Made by a program: the position numbers and the translations under genes. Source: Tubulanus polymorphus (Eukaryota > Animalia > Nemertea). Taken from it: a stretch of 64,000 nt of DNA. Below, piece by piece: positions 13,694 through 26,225 of the stretch (position 1 is its first letter; the number at the start of each line of letters is the position of its first letter). The stretch covers positions 23,430,950 to 23,494,949 of the forward strand of contig NC_134029.1 of NCBI RefSeq assembly GCF_964204645.1, read 5' to 3'. Under the pieces are notes generated by a model. The model was not told the origin of the DNA. It was given only the letters and a program-made list of their open reading frames with translations, and made no database searches.

Positions 13694-13980
13694 AGCCGCG
13701 ATCACATGGAGATGATTTGGCGCGGGTCAAATCGGCACGGATGAGGTTCGCGCCAAATTTGGCCCGTGTCTAATTAGAGAGCGTGTTCGCACGCAAACCA
13801 TTCATTCGATACTAAACAATGCTCAAACAAAGCGAAGTGGATCATTTCCGGTGCCAGTTGCAATTCAAACGCAATCATTTGTCTTGTGCTAAAATTTGGC
13901 TCGGGCCTAACAGGCTCGGGCCGATTTGGCACCCGTGTGAACAGTTGTTCCGGGCCAAAAATGCTCGCGTGATCGCGGCT
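13694..13980. mobile_element. MITE family B, possibly a PIF/Harbinger-type non-autonomous DNA transposon
   Basis: Terminal inverted repeats AGCCGCGATCAC...GTGATCGCGGCT with internal (A)TTTGGCCCG repeats. Related copies at about 4927-5150, 30362-30400 and 56437-56636. Confidence 0.75.
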
Positions 13981-15691
13981 TACGTCGATGATTGAACCCA
14001 GTTAGTGTGTGGTATAAGCTGCCTACGCTATACTAGTATAGTACGGTGATTCTAATGATGTTCAATGAAGGTAATCAAGTTTTTCAGGTGGATGTGGTTT
14101 CAGTATTTATCTGTCTGGTTTTAGAACAGCACGCCGTATTTTACTTTCATCTTGTTTCTACTCATTGAACTGTTTTCCTCACGTTCGATTTGCTCTACTT
14201 CTACCGGGACCCGAGCGAGGCCACTCTAGTTAGTAACGTTTTCTGAGAGATTGCACTTGTTACACCGATTTCCTCATTCTTCTCATTCTTCTCCGTGTTT
14301 TCTGAAGGCCGACGGTATTTTTATCGAATGAAATTTTCGATCCACTAAAGATTTGATGACTAGTAGTATAGTAGAAAGGACAATAGACACTCTCAAACTT
14401 TGTGAATAGATGTTGTAATTGAAAGCTGCTATGATACACATTAATAGATTAAAAAAGAAATTTATCAAGAGATCGATTGATTTTGAAAAAAAGATTCTAG
14501 ATTTAGGTGTCTCACCACCTGACAATGATCTTTAGTGAGAGTCTATGATGGTTTCTATAAACAAGTGACTGTCTGATATCAATAAAATCAAAACCTACAA
14601 TAAAATGAAAAAAAGTTAGTAAAGAATCAGACTCAATCCTTTGAGCCATTTTCAAAAGCCACAGCATGTATATAGAAATAGCTAGAATGCAGTAATGTCA
14701 CTCATGTACAAAAATGCTAATTCTTTGGGTTTTTCAATAAACTTTGAAAATTGTTCACCGCCTTTGGACATTCTACTCAAATTCCTGGTCATTTATTGCT
14801 GCATTTGAAGGCTGTAGGTGCCGTGGTTTTACTCACGGTCAATTATAGTGTGATAGTGGGTTTTATCTCTAGAGTCCGAGATGTTGTGTCTTTTTTTATT
14901 TCATTTATTGATCGCTTATAAAGTTTTTGATTTTTTAATTTCATACATTATGGGTTTTGAGTATATTCAATAAACTGAATGTGGGGTCTCTTTCAATCGG
15001 AATGTCAGTAGAAAATAAATACCGCGGGGGAAAACGTTCTCAATGGACTAGGAAATGAATCTACGAGACGCTTGAAAAAATGGCATAGCGCGTCTGAGTT
15101 GTGCGGCAAAAATAATTCGACATGTTCACAATATGGCGGTGTGGGTGAACTCAGACAGATAGTGCCCACAAGGTGTATGGGAAATGTGTTAATCATGGTA
15201 ATTATTGATATTGTCTGGGTTTAATTTGAACTCAGGGTGGTACAGACCAGTCAGTGCAGTCTCTACAACAGGAAATTACTGACTGTATTACATAGTTTCA
15301 ACTTTAATCTCCTATCGACATGATTTAATGTTTTCACACGTTTTTCTTCCAACCAGCAACTTCTATTACCGGTTGCGCTTTAAATGATTATTCTTACGAT
15401 ATCAATTTATATTTGAATGTTCAGGGTATTATACTACCGGTTTGTTGAACTGGTCTCTGTCGCCACTGCTACGCCTAATAAGTGCCTTTATCAGGTGGTT
15501 GTTGGGCACCAGCGATGAAATGGGACCTCTCTCTGTCAGTAATTCTGCTCTCTGGGACAGACAGGAGAGGCTATATCTCTTTCTTTGCGTCCACAGTGAC
15601 AGTAGGGTTCTTCGCAGGATTATTTTTGGCAAGGCTACGCTACATAGCTTGATTAATTCTTCAAAAGATCAATAGATTAATTTTGTATTCA

Positions 15692-15738
15692 TTATTCCTG
15701 AAGATGACTATTAGGATATAGTCGAAACGTTGAAATAA
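15692..15738 (+). ncRNA. Minimal type I hammerhead ribozyme motif of the Penelope-like retroelement type
   Basis: Core CTGAAGA at 15698-15704, one extra T, perfect stem II GACTAT/ATAGTC with a TAGGAT loop, GAAAC-GTT with palindromic AACGTT in place of stem III, and stem I TTATTC/GAAATAA with one bulge. Confidence 0.65.
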
Positions 15739-17406
15739 ACTACTATCTCGAAGTTTCATTTTCGGACTTTTTATTATCATTGTTGGATTCTCTCCTCACA
15801 GATTAATTTTGTGATTGCTATTTTGTATTGCCATAATATTTCGCGTTATACAAGTACGTTATATTTGTACGCTGTACTTAGTACAGAGTTACAATAGAAT
15901 GAAATGAATATAATTGGTTGAAATCGCAAAATAATATTTTGATTGCCGTGTGTCCATATTAATCCGAAGGTAATATTTCGATATTTGTGAATTTCACCTA
16001 ATTATGATAACCCTGCAGGTAAGCTGTATTGTAGTGCTTATATATACACAATTGAAAGCACTTGAATTAGTTCAATTGGTCATTAAACTTAATTCAATAG
16101 TAATGAATAGACACTGTCCACATGTCTGAACTCTCAAACTGTCTGCTATGGACCACTTATTGTCCAGGCCAGCGCGCCGCGCTGTCAGTGTGTGGGTGTG
16201 CATTATATAACTTACTTGTCACGAATGGAATAGTTTTATGGCTTTGAGCGATCTTTCAGTCACCGGACAAAGAACCCGCTGCCTGATCTAACGCCTATAA
16301 TTTATGATGGCCAGACAGCATGATGTATTTATTATATGCATTGATTTGCACCGTAATCATGGGCGCATTAAGTTTAGTAGATTAGTAAAACTAGCCCGGT
16401 GGTCCGTGGAGTGAGTCGTCGAGTTGGTGCCTCCTCCCCATTGATGAAGCTCTAAGGGTTTTTTCAGATATCTTGGATGACGGATCCGCTGATATGTTAT
16501 GTGAATTTTTTTAAAATTTTTCCCTTCTCCCCGGAAAATATGGCTGTTAAAGATCCAATGTGCCAGACATGCATTGACACAGGGAATGAGTTCAATCACA
16601 GCTAACTTTATACATAATACACATTCTGTTCGATAAATTATAACATTTCCATCTAATGATTTCTTTTCTAATTTTTTCTCGTCTCCCCTCAGATATTTAG
16701 TTTGATGGTATTGGTACAAAATATGATTTTTCTTTTAATATTTTGCCCTTCCTGGAAATGACCCTGATAAGATCAGCCATCCAAGTTATCCATACGAAAG
16801 ACCTTCCCGGTGCTCGATGAAGAATCGATGATCGACGATCATTTTTATCATTTTTTTTCTCGATATTTTCTGTTCCCTTATTATTTTCATTATCTTCATT
16901 ATTTTACGCGTTATTTATCAGATTCCGCTGACGTCGAACGGCCGTGGGAAAAACAGCTTAGATATATGAAACGCCGGCCAGTTGACCGTAAGAGAAGAGT
17001 GTCTATCAAAAGTAGTTTGCACTTCGCATCATTTCTGAAAACATAGAAAGATCCGTTGTCGCTTTCACTCATTTCTAACAAAGGCTTATTTTATGTCGTT
17101 TCGAGCGTTAACCGCTGCATGGTGTCGTCGTTTTAAAAAATATTCAATTTTCTAACCCACAACTCACAGTTTTCTTCGTCTCATTAACAGTCAATAATAA
17201 ACGCCAGAACTGTTATTGAGAAAAAGTCATTCGTTAAATGCGTTATCCGCGAAAAATTCCTCAACCGGTATTTATGTTGTCGTTTTCAAAATCTGATTCC
17301 ATTCTGAATGTTTTGTAGTCATTTTATTGTATTTGATGAAATTCAATAAAAGCAGGGACCGTTCATTGTTTTCACTGCTAGGATTGTGGCAGCACTATCT
17401 AGTACA

Positions 17407-17458
<52 letters not shown>

Positions 17459-17463
17459 ATGAT
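17407..17463. repeat. (CTG)n(ATG)n microsatellite
   Basis: Directly visible, about 250 nt upstream of the EF1 exon. Confidence 0.9.
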
Positions 17464-17711
17464 CGTGCATTTATTGTTGCTTATTTGTCTTTTCTCCACA
17501 TCTTTTTACTCATTATTGTTCCCTGCATTTCTTCTGTTCTGAATTCTGTTCGTTTTGATTCCTCGTTTTCTAACCATTTTATATGATTTTTCTACTAATA
17601 ATTCTTGATTTTTATAAAGTATCCTCATAATTTTAATCGTAAGTTGTTTTTCCTTGTAACAACATCGTTTTTGAGTTGAAGCTGATATTTCATGATCTGC
17701 TGATTTTTCAG

Positions 17712-17794
17712 AACCGCAGTCAGGATTTCGTATCGCGTTCAACATGTTCGACACCGATGGTAATCAGAAAGTTGACAAGAAAGAATTCCTCGTG
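17712..17794 (+). CDS. MICU3: MICU3-like exon encoding EF-hand 1 (KPQSGFRIAFNMFDTDGNQKVDKKEFLV)
   Basis: Acceptor tttttcag and donor gtacgt, phase 1 to 0. Canonical EF-hand loop DTDGNQKVDKKE. Confidence 0.96.
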
Positions 17795-17973
17795 GTACGT
17801 GTTGTTACAGTAATCAATTATTAACTTATATTTTAACGAAAATAATCTGTAAACTAACATACAATTAATTAACCTTTAAATTCAAAGCTTCGACTTATAG
17901 AAACTACGAATAATATCGCTTACTTAATATAGAATATTTAGATACTCAATAACTTACAAAATGATATCATCTT

Positions 17974-17977
<4 letters not shown>

Positions 17978-18023
<46 letters not shown>
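17978..18023. repeat. (TA)n microsatellite
   Basis: Directly visible. Confidence 0.95.
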
Positions 18024-18025
<2 letters not shown>

Positions 18026-18758
18026 CAAATAGAATATACTTCTGTCAATTTGCGGCATGATAAATTCTGTATTTTCACAAACGAATGCTAGTTTTGCTTA
18101 TAGATCTAGCTACATGGAGCCACAAAGTCCCCCTGGAAATCTAGAATATAGTCTTCAGTTAAACCTGGGACTTATTTGTCCTAACACAATTTTCCTTTTA
18201 TGGAACCAATATACGCGAGATAAGTTTCTCTCCCCCCCCCCCCCCGAAGATGATAAATTGACTTCTTGGTAACTTTTTGACTATTTGACTCAGGTCTAAA
18301 AATAAGACGTTTCATTATGAAGTAACTGGATCTCGTACCGAGCGGTCAGTGTTTGTGTCCTCGGTAATATAACATCAAACTCTTCCCTTCGTATCAGTGA
18401 ATATTGATCTAAAATTGTAATGAGCTTATCCTTATCCTGAGTGTCCTAAATTTGATACATGCTTTAATTATCGAATGTGCATTAGTTTGACTGCCGTGGT
18501 GAGGAATGTCCCCTATGAATTGTTTGTCCTGATAATCTATTTCACCATCCATAGATCCACTTACACCGCGACAGTTCACTCGCATCAATTCACTTCTGGT
18601 TGAACTAAGTTAAATACATCCGTTTAGGCGTGTCTGCTTTAGGTTATTAAATTCATGTTTGACCATCGATGAATGAAACCTTTTCTTGCTATTGCTCGGG
18701 TAGTTGCTTTAAACTGCTTTTTCAACGCAATCTAGTCCTTAATCATAATCAGTCAGTA

Positions 18759-18960
18759 ATGATCATCAGAGATCATGATCACCAGAGATCCGGGTCATTC
18801 AAGAGATCATGATCATCGGAGGAGATTGTGATCACCAGTGATCCCAATCATCGGAGATCATGATCATCAGTGATCTGGGTCATTCAAGAGATCATTATCA
18901 TCAGAGGAGATTGTGATTACCAGAGATCCTGATCATCAGAGATCATGATCGTCAGAGATC
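18759..18960. repeat. Degenerate GATC-rich tandem repeat (GATCATCAGAGATCAT variants)
   Basis: Repeated gatcatgatcatcagaga-like units with a larger duplicated block (gggtcattcaagagatcat...ggagattgtgat). Confidence 0.85.
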
Positions 18961-19415
18961 GCGGTATAATTGATCATGTTACTGGTGAACAGCGATCCTC
19001 ATACAATCGTACTACTTATTTCAAAGTACTGTATCCGATCATTTACGATTGTCTGAATGTAAATATATGTAGTTGATCACTGCTGATCACGTTTTCTTTC
19101 CCAACGTGGATCGTTGATTGCGAATGAATGTCACACCGTTTTAACTTGTTACTCCCGACTGCCTCGAAGGTTCGTGTCCAATGGGTGAAAGTTGAACCTG
19201 TAAGAAACTGATCTCGCGACGATCGGTAGTTTATTAGTTTCTCTGTTTTCCGTTGCGACTGACTCTAATATTGCCTGATTTATGTCATTTGCAAACAGTT
19301 GGAGGGAGTAATCCGGGCAACTCGAGCTGAACGTAATCGCCAAGCACTCTCACAATCGGATTCTCCTGTGAGTCTCACACAAATCACCACCGCCACTTTC
19401 TCTCTCTATTGTCCA

Positions 19416-19729
19416 GTTCACAACGTTCGAAGTTTAGTCCGTTCCAATTTAGAATGGACCGAATATTCACATTAACAAAAAATCTGTTCTTTTTGACAAT
19501 GGAAGTTTATACCGCCGACCATACCATCCGCATCCAATTTTTAGAACGGACCAAATGGAAATTTTGCTTTAATTGTCCGTCAATCACAGTGTTGTGTCAA
19601 GCTGGACCAGTGATATTGGCTGATTTAAAAATGCACAGCATTGATTTGGTCCATTCTGAATTGGTCCACTTCAGGTGCGGGCCAAATTTGAACGGACTAA
19701 CTAACTTGCGATAGTGTGAACGAGGCTTA
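19416..19729. mobile_element. MITE family C with imperfect long terminal inverted repeats
   Basis: Left end gttcacaacgttcgaagtttagtccgttccaattt is the imperfect reverse complement of right end aaatttgaacggactaactaacttgcgatagtgtgaac. Confidence 0.6.
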
Positions 19730-20280
19730 TCACTTCTTTTTCACAGTCAAGTCTCGACTTGCAACAATAACGGTGAAATCAACAGTCTTCCGACCAACTG
19801 GACATTTGAAAATTATTGAATAATTGAAAATGAAAATTCCAAAAGTCGAGCCAAATTTTGCCTTCGTCAAACGGGCACGGATCGATCGGGCGACGATGTA
19901 AACGACTGGCCCCGGTTAAAATCGATCGTATGATCGCGAAGCTGATGTGTAAACAACTGATCCGACGCGGATTAAAATTCTACGCCCTGCGGTAAGTTTC
20001 GACAAAACGGTCGTGATTTTTAATTCGGGTCGGTTCATTTGTATTCACCGTTTAATGCAAGAAATTTCTAGTTTAAATGTGGCTACACTCTTTTTAGTTT
20101 TAGAATTACACGATCAGATCAGCTGCTTTCCATTGCAGATATTCCACATTTATTCGTGCGTGTTGTTTGTCTTTTTTCGACGATTACAATTCGAGGTTTT
20201 ATCCCTCGTTTAGAATTTCAAAACACGATTTAAAATAGCTACTTTTTTTCGTTTATTTTTTAATTTTAATTACCGTTCAG

Positions 20281-20298
20281 TTGGAGTCGATATTCAAG
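20281..20298 (+). CDS. MICU3: MICU3-like 18-nt microexon, alternative A after EF-hand 1 (LESIFK)
   Basis: Long T-rich tract then cag acceptor, gtaaga donor, phase 0 to 0. It continues EFLV into LESIFK, matching the L..IF[RK] exit helix of MICU3 (human EFLVLQEIFRK, from recall). Confidence 0.8.
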
Positions 20299-21730
20299 GT
20301 AAGATTTTGAGAAAATTGTGACGTCACTTTTTTTGGTTTTAGGTTTTGTTTGAAGGTATTTCTTTTGATGTGTTTGAATTTGGATGTCTATTAGTTACGG
20401 TCACGGTGTGTTTCACTGGTCACTATCATGTTTCTATTCGGGTGGTGAAATTAATGACAGTTCGGTCTGTCAGATGATTTGCCAGGTTTGGTCATCAATC
20501 AGGAGACCTTTGACCTTTTTTGAAGTTGATGTACGTTAAAGTTCAACACGTGTTAATTAAATGAATACATGTACCTTGGAATATGTGATATTGTGCCAAA
20601 ATTTTAACGCTACCCATTTACGAAAAAGTGGTTAACGAATGTTAATAAGAACCAACGTCAAAAGCCGAATAAGTACTTTTTATATATGATTTAGTTCATT
20701 ATTTGCTGCTGAGGTATGAACTAGTTTTTGGAAATGTAAAATTTTTACCGCGCTTATAGAGCTCTTAGGTTGAATCTGTGAAAAGCTCTAGGACCATCGT
20801 GTTCGTGAACTATTAGCCTTGTCGTCGTTCGTACTGTTTGCTCTTTTACTACGCGGCGCAAGAAGTGCAGTTATTGGGCTTCGGCTTGATGTGCTTGAAA
20901 TCTGAATAACGAATCAACTTCACTAAAAATGCATTCATAGCGTCCAATGTCGTAGATAGATCAATATTACACGGTAAAGAATGTACGTAAGTTTGTGTAG
21001 TATCCGAGAACCGTGTCAGTAAATCCCATCGGACTAACGTCATACTTTTCTCTAGCGTCAAATTTGATATATCTGATTCCTCGAGTCTGAAACGATGTTG
21101 ATCTGTCTCTCAACGAAGCCCACGCACGCATCGGGTCTCCCAAAAACCCATAAATCCTCACTGGCACGGCCCACGCTTTCTACCTACGCGTCTCTTCTTT
21201 ACGTTTTAATTAAATGTCAGATTGTGATAAAAAGTTTTATTCATGGTTCTTAATCATATTTGCTACCGACTGCGGCAACGGTTTATTGCGTCGGTTATGA
21301 TCGCAAAGGACGATCAACATTTATAACTCTAAGCAGCTGGTCTGATAATTAGTTCCATAGGTTTAGTTGTTATTATTGTTTAATCCAATCTCAGTGATTT
21401 CATTCATTTATTTTAATTGCGTTTGATTTTTTATTTCGCGTTTGATTTTTGTCCGTTGAGCTAATATTTCACTCGCGCTCGAATTTCACGGTTTAGTCAC
21501 AAATCATTTAGAAAAATGTGTAATATATTATGCTTCAATGATTTGACAAATTTGTACTGGTTTTTGCTTGTGTGATCTGCCTATAAATGGACTTCTGGCG
21601 CAATAGCAGTATTTTTCCCCAATATTTGATAGGCGATTCTCCAGTTTGATGCAGATGGAGTTTATGATGACGTCATTTTTCGCAAAAAGTTTCATAATTT
21701 TTCGGTTGTAAAATGCGAAAATGTTTCATT

Positions 21731-21925
21731 CAGTCTTTGATGGCTGAGATTAAGTCGATTGTGCAGGCTGACCAGTCTTTGATGACTAGGATTGAGTTGA
21801 TTGTGCAGCTGATCAGTCTCTGATGACTAGGATTGAATCGATTGTGCAGGCTGATCAGTCTCTGATGACTAGGATTGAATCGATTGTGCAGGCTGATCAG
21901 TCTCTGATGACTGGGATTGAGTCGA
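21731..21925. repeat. Minisatellite with a 42-bp unit CAGTCTCTGATGACTAGGATTGAATCGATTGTGCAGGCTGAT, about 4.5 copies
   Basis: Direct tandem repeats visible in the sequence. Confidence 0.9.
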
Positions 21926-22289
21926 TGCGATTGCTCGTGACTGGATTTTCTGCGACCATCAGCGACGGGCGCATCTCAAAGACCCGTCAACCTTACGCAT
22001 CTTTGTTACTTGCACAGTGACACCGATCGCAATGAGTCTCACACATTCAACTCTAGGAGATGCTACTTCTCTCTAGTCGCACACCATCGCAGACAGTCGT
22101 CGTTCAATCGCGCCGATTAGCGACCAGTTACAACCTCGTTGCCTATCGGTTTGATGATGATTATATTCCCAGTGATACTGATTAAAATACCTTCGATCTG
22201 CGCATTCTTGCTTTCTCCGTTTTTATTTCACTTCTCAATGTTATTCATCTCGCGATATCTATATCTCTTTGTATTTATTTATTTTTTAG

Positions 22290-22358
22290 TTACAGTATTT
22301 GATTGGCGTGAAGTTACGAGGAGTGTTTAACTATCCCAATCTTACCCCGATTCAACAA
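22290..22358 (+). CDS. MICU3: Candidate MICU3 alternative exon B (LQYLIGVKLRGVFNYPNLTPIQQ)
   Basis: Pyrimidine tract then tag acceptor, gtatga donor, 69 nt, phase 0 to 0, no stop codon. Starts with TTACAG like exon C. Confidence 0.5.
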
Positions 22359-24294
22359 GTATGAAAACTATCATCTTTCCAATATTGTTCGTTTGTTGCT
22401 AAATCCGTTTTACCCCCCCCCCCCACGCCCCTCATTATATTCATTAGAATCAACTGTGATTTATTGCTACTTAAAGAACACCATTATGATTATTCTGATT
22501 TTATGAAAATTTTCGCTCCCCTGCTGGCAATATTTACCCATTGAAGTAAATAACTTGGATGAGCGAAAACTATTTTAGCAGCAAACGGTCGGTATTCCCT
22601 GGAATGACCAGCATGTCTGCCCGGTTTGTCATTATTGCATGGTCTGTCTTTAAATAATTGGATGATTATTTATAGCCTGATGAGATGATGAATATTCCTA
22701 GTCCTATTGTTACCCTGTGGACAATGGATTAATGAAGTTTCTTGTGATTTAGTGTTAGATAGATAGATAGTTAGATACCTCATTATAAACAACTGTTATT
22801 CAGATAAAGTTTAATTAAACATGATTTCGAAGCTATATTTATATATTTGTGTAATATATTTGGTTATGGATCCTCCTGAATAGAAATGCATTGAAGACTT
22901 GTATTTACTCCAGATTATTACAGGTATTAATTTGCAGCCATTCGTACATTCACCGGTTTATAGTTTGATGTTTTGGCTATCAGTTTTTGAAAATGTGCCG
23001 ATAAGATGGTTTTTGTGGTTCATTTTCTCTCGGGGGGAAGTTCAGCTGCGTATTAATACCTGCGCATATCACCTGTGTCTCCTGTCAAAAGAAACAAAGG
23101 GTTATAGATATTAATTTACATCCATCTATGGAAGATATAAGTTTATATTGCTCTTTGTCAAATCTTGGAGTAATCATTTGTCAAATGATTACTCCAAGGT
23201 CAAATCATTAGCATGATATATATTTTCTGATTTTCAGGCATGGAGTTTTCACGTCTTGAGTAATACACAATGACAATGTTTCCCTATTTAGGTGTTTGTA
23301 TAAAAATCCCTTTTTATGCAGTTGTTGAATCCGTTGTCTGGAATTTTAACTGTACAGCTCGAAAAATGTCTACTTAAACTCGCTATACAGAAATGCTCAC
23401 ATAAAACCAGTCCATATATGAACTAAATGTTGTTTTTTAAATTTTTTTCTAAACGTGTGGCACTCCTGTATGTAATCACTCGCGTCACGACTATTGAAAC
23501 AAGTGACATTAAGATAGGTATCTGTCCCATTCACACAAGTGTTATTACTGATTGTCGGCGTGGGTGGTTTTGATATAGCGGGGAAAACCCTTCCATAAAC
23601 CTACCGATTACTCTGAAATCTATCAGCTGTTGAAATGAACTTTTTTCTCAGACTATGCCCAGGTTACGAAGTTTCTTCATTTCGTACCTTTTAACGTCAT
23701 ATGCAAAATTTTCAACTCGTAAACATATGAACCGTCATGTGAAAAGTACCAGCGACCTTGACATTTAGCCAGTAAAAATGGTTTTGTCAAGTATTACGCC
23801 CGAAGCGTTTGAAACCCTTTTTGCACCGAGGGAAATTTGACATTTCAATTTCGGTTTTTTAATTTAGCCGAATTTATAAAGATTAAAATGTCAAACGATT
23901 TAGGCAACGCATTTGTTATTGTTAGCTAGGAAGGATTATTACTGATAATTGCCTCCCAGTGAAACAGCAAATCCATCTTCTAATCGCTCACAGACATTTT
24001 CTTTACTCCCTCTAAAGCTTCAGGGCATATATTCTAGACTTCAGCAAAATGAAAATGGCAACTGCGTGCAATGCTAAATCATGGAAGATCACACCCGTTT
24101 GGAAAACAATACAATTCTTTACAAAGTTTAATGTAAAATTTCCATCTATATTCGATTTCACATATTGACATGGGAAGGTGGAGGACCCTCGATCGTTCCG
24201 CTTCACGAGAAACCCCTCAGAACCGTGAATTAGTTGTGCGTGGTCGTGTCTGTCACTGTCTGATGATTGACATGTTGTTGTTTATGAATCTTAG

Positions 24295-24417
24295 TTACAG
24301 TTTCTTGTCAGTAAGTTTCTGCACCAATCATTGAATCCGTACAGAAGACGTAACAGACCCGCTTCAAACGCGCAAACATCGTCACCATCCTCATCATCGT
24401 CATCGTCGTCGAATATT
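24295..24417 (+). CDS. MICU3: Candidate MICU3 alternative exon C (LQFLVSKFLHQSLNPYRRRNRPASNAQTSSPSSSSSSSSNI)
   Basis: Acceptor cttag and donor gtatgt, 123 nt, phase 0 to 0, no stop codon. Caveats: weak pyrimidine tract and an internal out-of-frame GTAAGT at 24311. Confidence 0.45.
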
Positions 24418-25284
24418 GTATGTACACGTGTCAGTGCGCCACCTATTATCCGATTTTCATATTCGTAAAAATAGTCGCTTCAATTTTTCTGATCTTTTTC
24501 ATTCTCCTTTTGATAGCGTGTGACCTGTGTTTAAACTGGGACCCGATCGGGCTTCATTTAAAATTCCGAATTTACGATATAAAATAATAAATTCAATAAT
24601 TTCACTCGTTCGGGCTGAATTGATTATATGAAAATGGATGGCTCCGAATATACCCTAATTTGGGTATTCATAGTCCCACCCATTACATGAACGGATTGGT
24701 CCAAATATCCTGGTTTAAACGATGGCTCACACACTCCTTTACTCAAATACGTATGTAATTCTACTAACATTTTCTATACTCGTGACGGAATATGTATTGA
24801 GCGAGCAACATCAACAGCAGCGGGGCGGTGACTGAGAGAATATTGAAATAATGATCACTAATGTGGTCGCTTTCATCTCATCCATTTTCATTTTGTTTGT
24901 AAAAAACGATCGCAAACAAAATGATATCATTGAATTTACTGAAGGTGTCGCTAATTATGACGCATTATAAATATACTCGTACATAAATGAGATGATTTTA
25001 TGTGTCCTATTTTTATGCTTGATTAATCTGTATTTTTTTTATATCCTGTTTTGGTTTTCAGTGATGTGACTTCCCGATCCAAAATTAATTCCTACCTCCC
25101 TTGTTGACTGCATTTTTCATGCAAATTTGTATCCGTTCAAATTCTGTAGCGAATTCGCAAGATATCGGTATACCATCGCCGTAACTTAAAGCGCTACAAT
25201 TAATTGAAATTTCAAATTCGGAATGAACGGTCGAATCTTAAGTGCTGCTTTTAAAGAGTGATCGTCGAAAGGTTTTATGGGTTG

Positions 25285-25938
25285 CAGGACCCAGTTCCAC
25301 ATTTCCGAGTTAAGATTTGACTCAGAGTTAACTCATTGAAAATGAACTAATGTAAACTCTAACTGACCACTGTGGAACTAGATCTTGAGTTCAGAGTAAA
25401 CTCTAACTGACCACTGTGGGACTGGATCCTGAGTTCAGAGTTAACTCTAAATGACCATTGTGGAACTGGATCCTGAGTTCAGAGTAAACTCTAACTGACC
25501 GCTGTGGAACTGGATCCTGAGTTCAGAGTAAACTCTAACTGACCACTGTGGAACTGGATCCTGAGTTCAGAGTAAACTCTAACTGACCACTGTGGAACTG
25601 GATCCTGAGTTTAGAGTAAACTCTAACTGACCACTGTGGAACTGGATCCTGAGTTCAGAGTAAACTCTAACTGACCACTGTGGAACTGGATCTTGAGTTC
25701 AGAGTAAACTCTAACTGACCACTGTGGAACTGGATCCTGAACTGACCACTGTGGAACTAGATCTTGAGTTCAGAGTAAACTCTAACTGACCACTGTGGAA
25801 CTGGATCCTGAGTTCGGAGTAAACTCTAACTGACCACTGTGGAACTGGATCCTGAGTTCAGAGTAAACTCTAACTGACCACTGTGGAACTGGATCCTGAG
25901 TTCAGAGTAAACTCTAACTGACCACTGTGGAACTGGAT
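25285..25938. repeat. Family A MITE whose right end is amplified into a tandem array of a 44-bp unit (about 13 copies)
   Basis: The unit GAGTTCAGAGTAAACTCTAACTGACCACTGTGGAACTGGATCCT recurs at 25387, 25431, 25475 and onward, with one truncated unit near 25740. Confidence 0.9.
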
Positions 25939-26225
25939 GCCGGTTGATAACTGCACTGGTATAATTTGCTACAGGGTTTGAATCCAGTTGTCGAAGTGGT
26001 TTCTTATTTAGTCGTATTTTAGTCTAGATTTTTCAACCTCTCAAACGCGAAACCACTTCGACAGCTGATGGTCTAAATCGTCTCGGTCGGTGACCAGTTT
26101 GTTTTTCGATTGTTGTTTCCGCGAGTTTTTTTCTCTGCCACACGACGAGGAACATGCGTTAATACATTAAACTGCGCTTTCACTAATTAAATCTGAGTTG
26201 TATTTATTTATTCTTATTACTGCAG

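Noticed and set aside
20849-21167. Two overlapping minus-strand ORFs that could join by a frameshift and end in CxxC
   Set aside because: No family recognised, and the lengths are within chance expectation.
24674-24750. Possible exon ending at a GTATGT donor
   Set aside because: The only open frame is phase 2 to 1, incompatible with the phase-0 neighbours, and the acceptor is poor.
25343-25938. 44-bp tandem array resembling a CRISPR array
   Set aside because: The units are contiguous with no unique spacers, there are no cas genes, the context is eukaryotic, and the unit derives from a MITE end.
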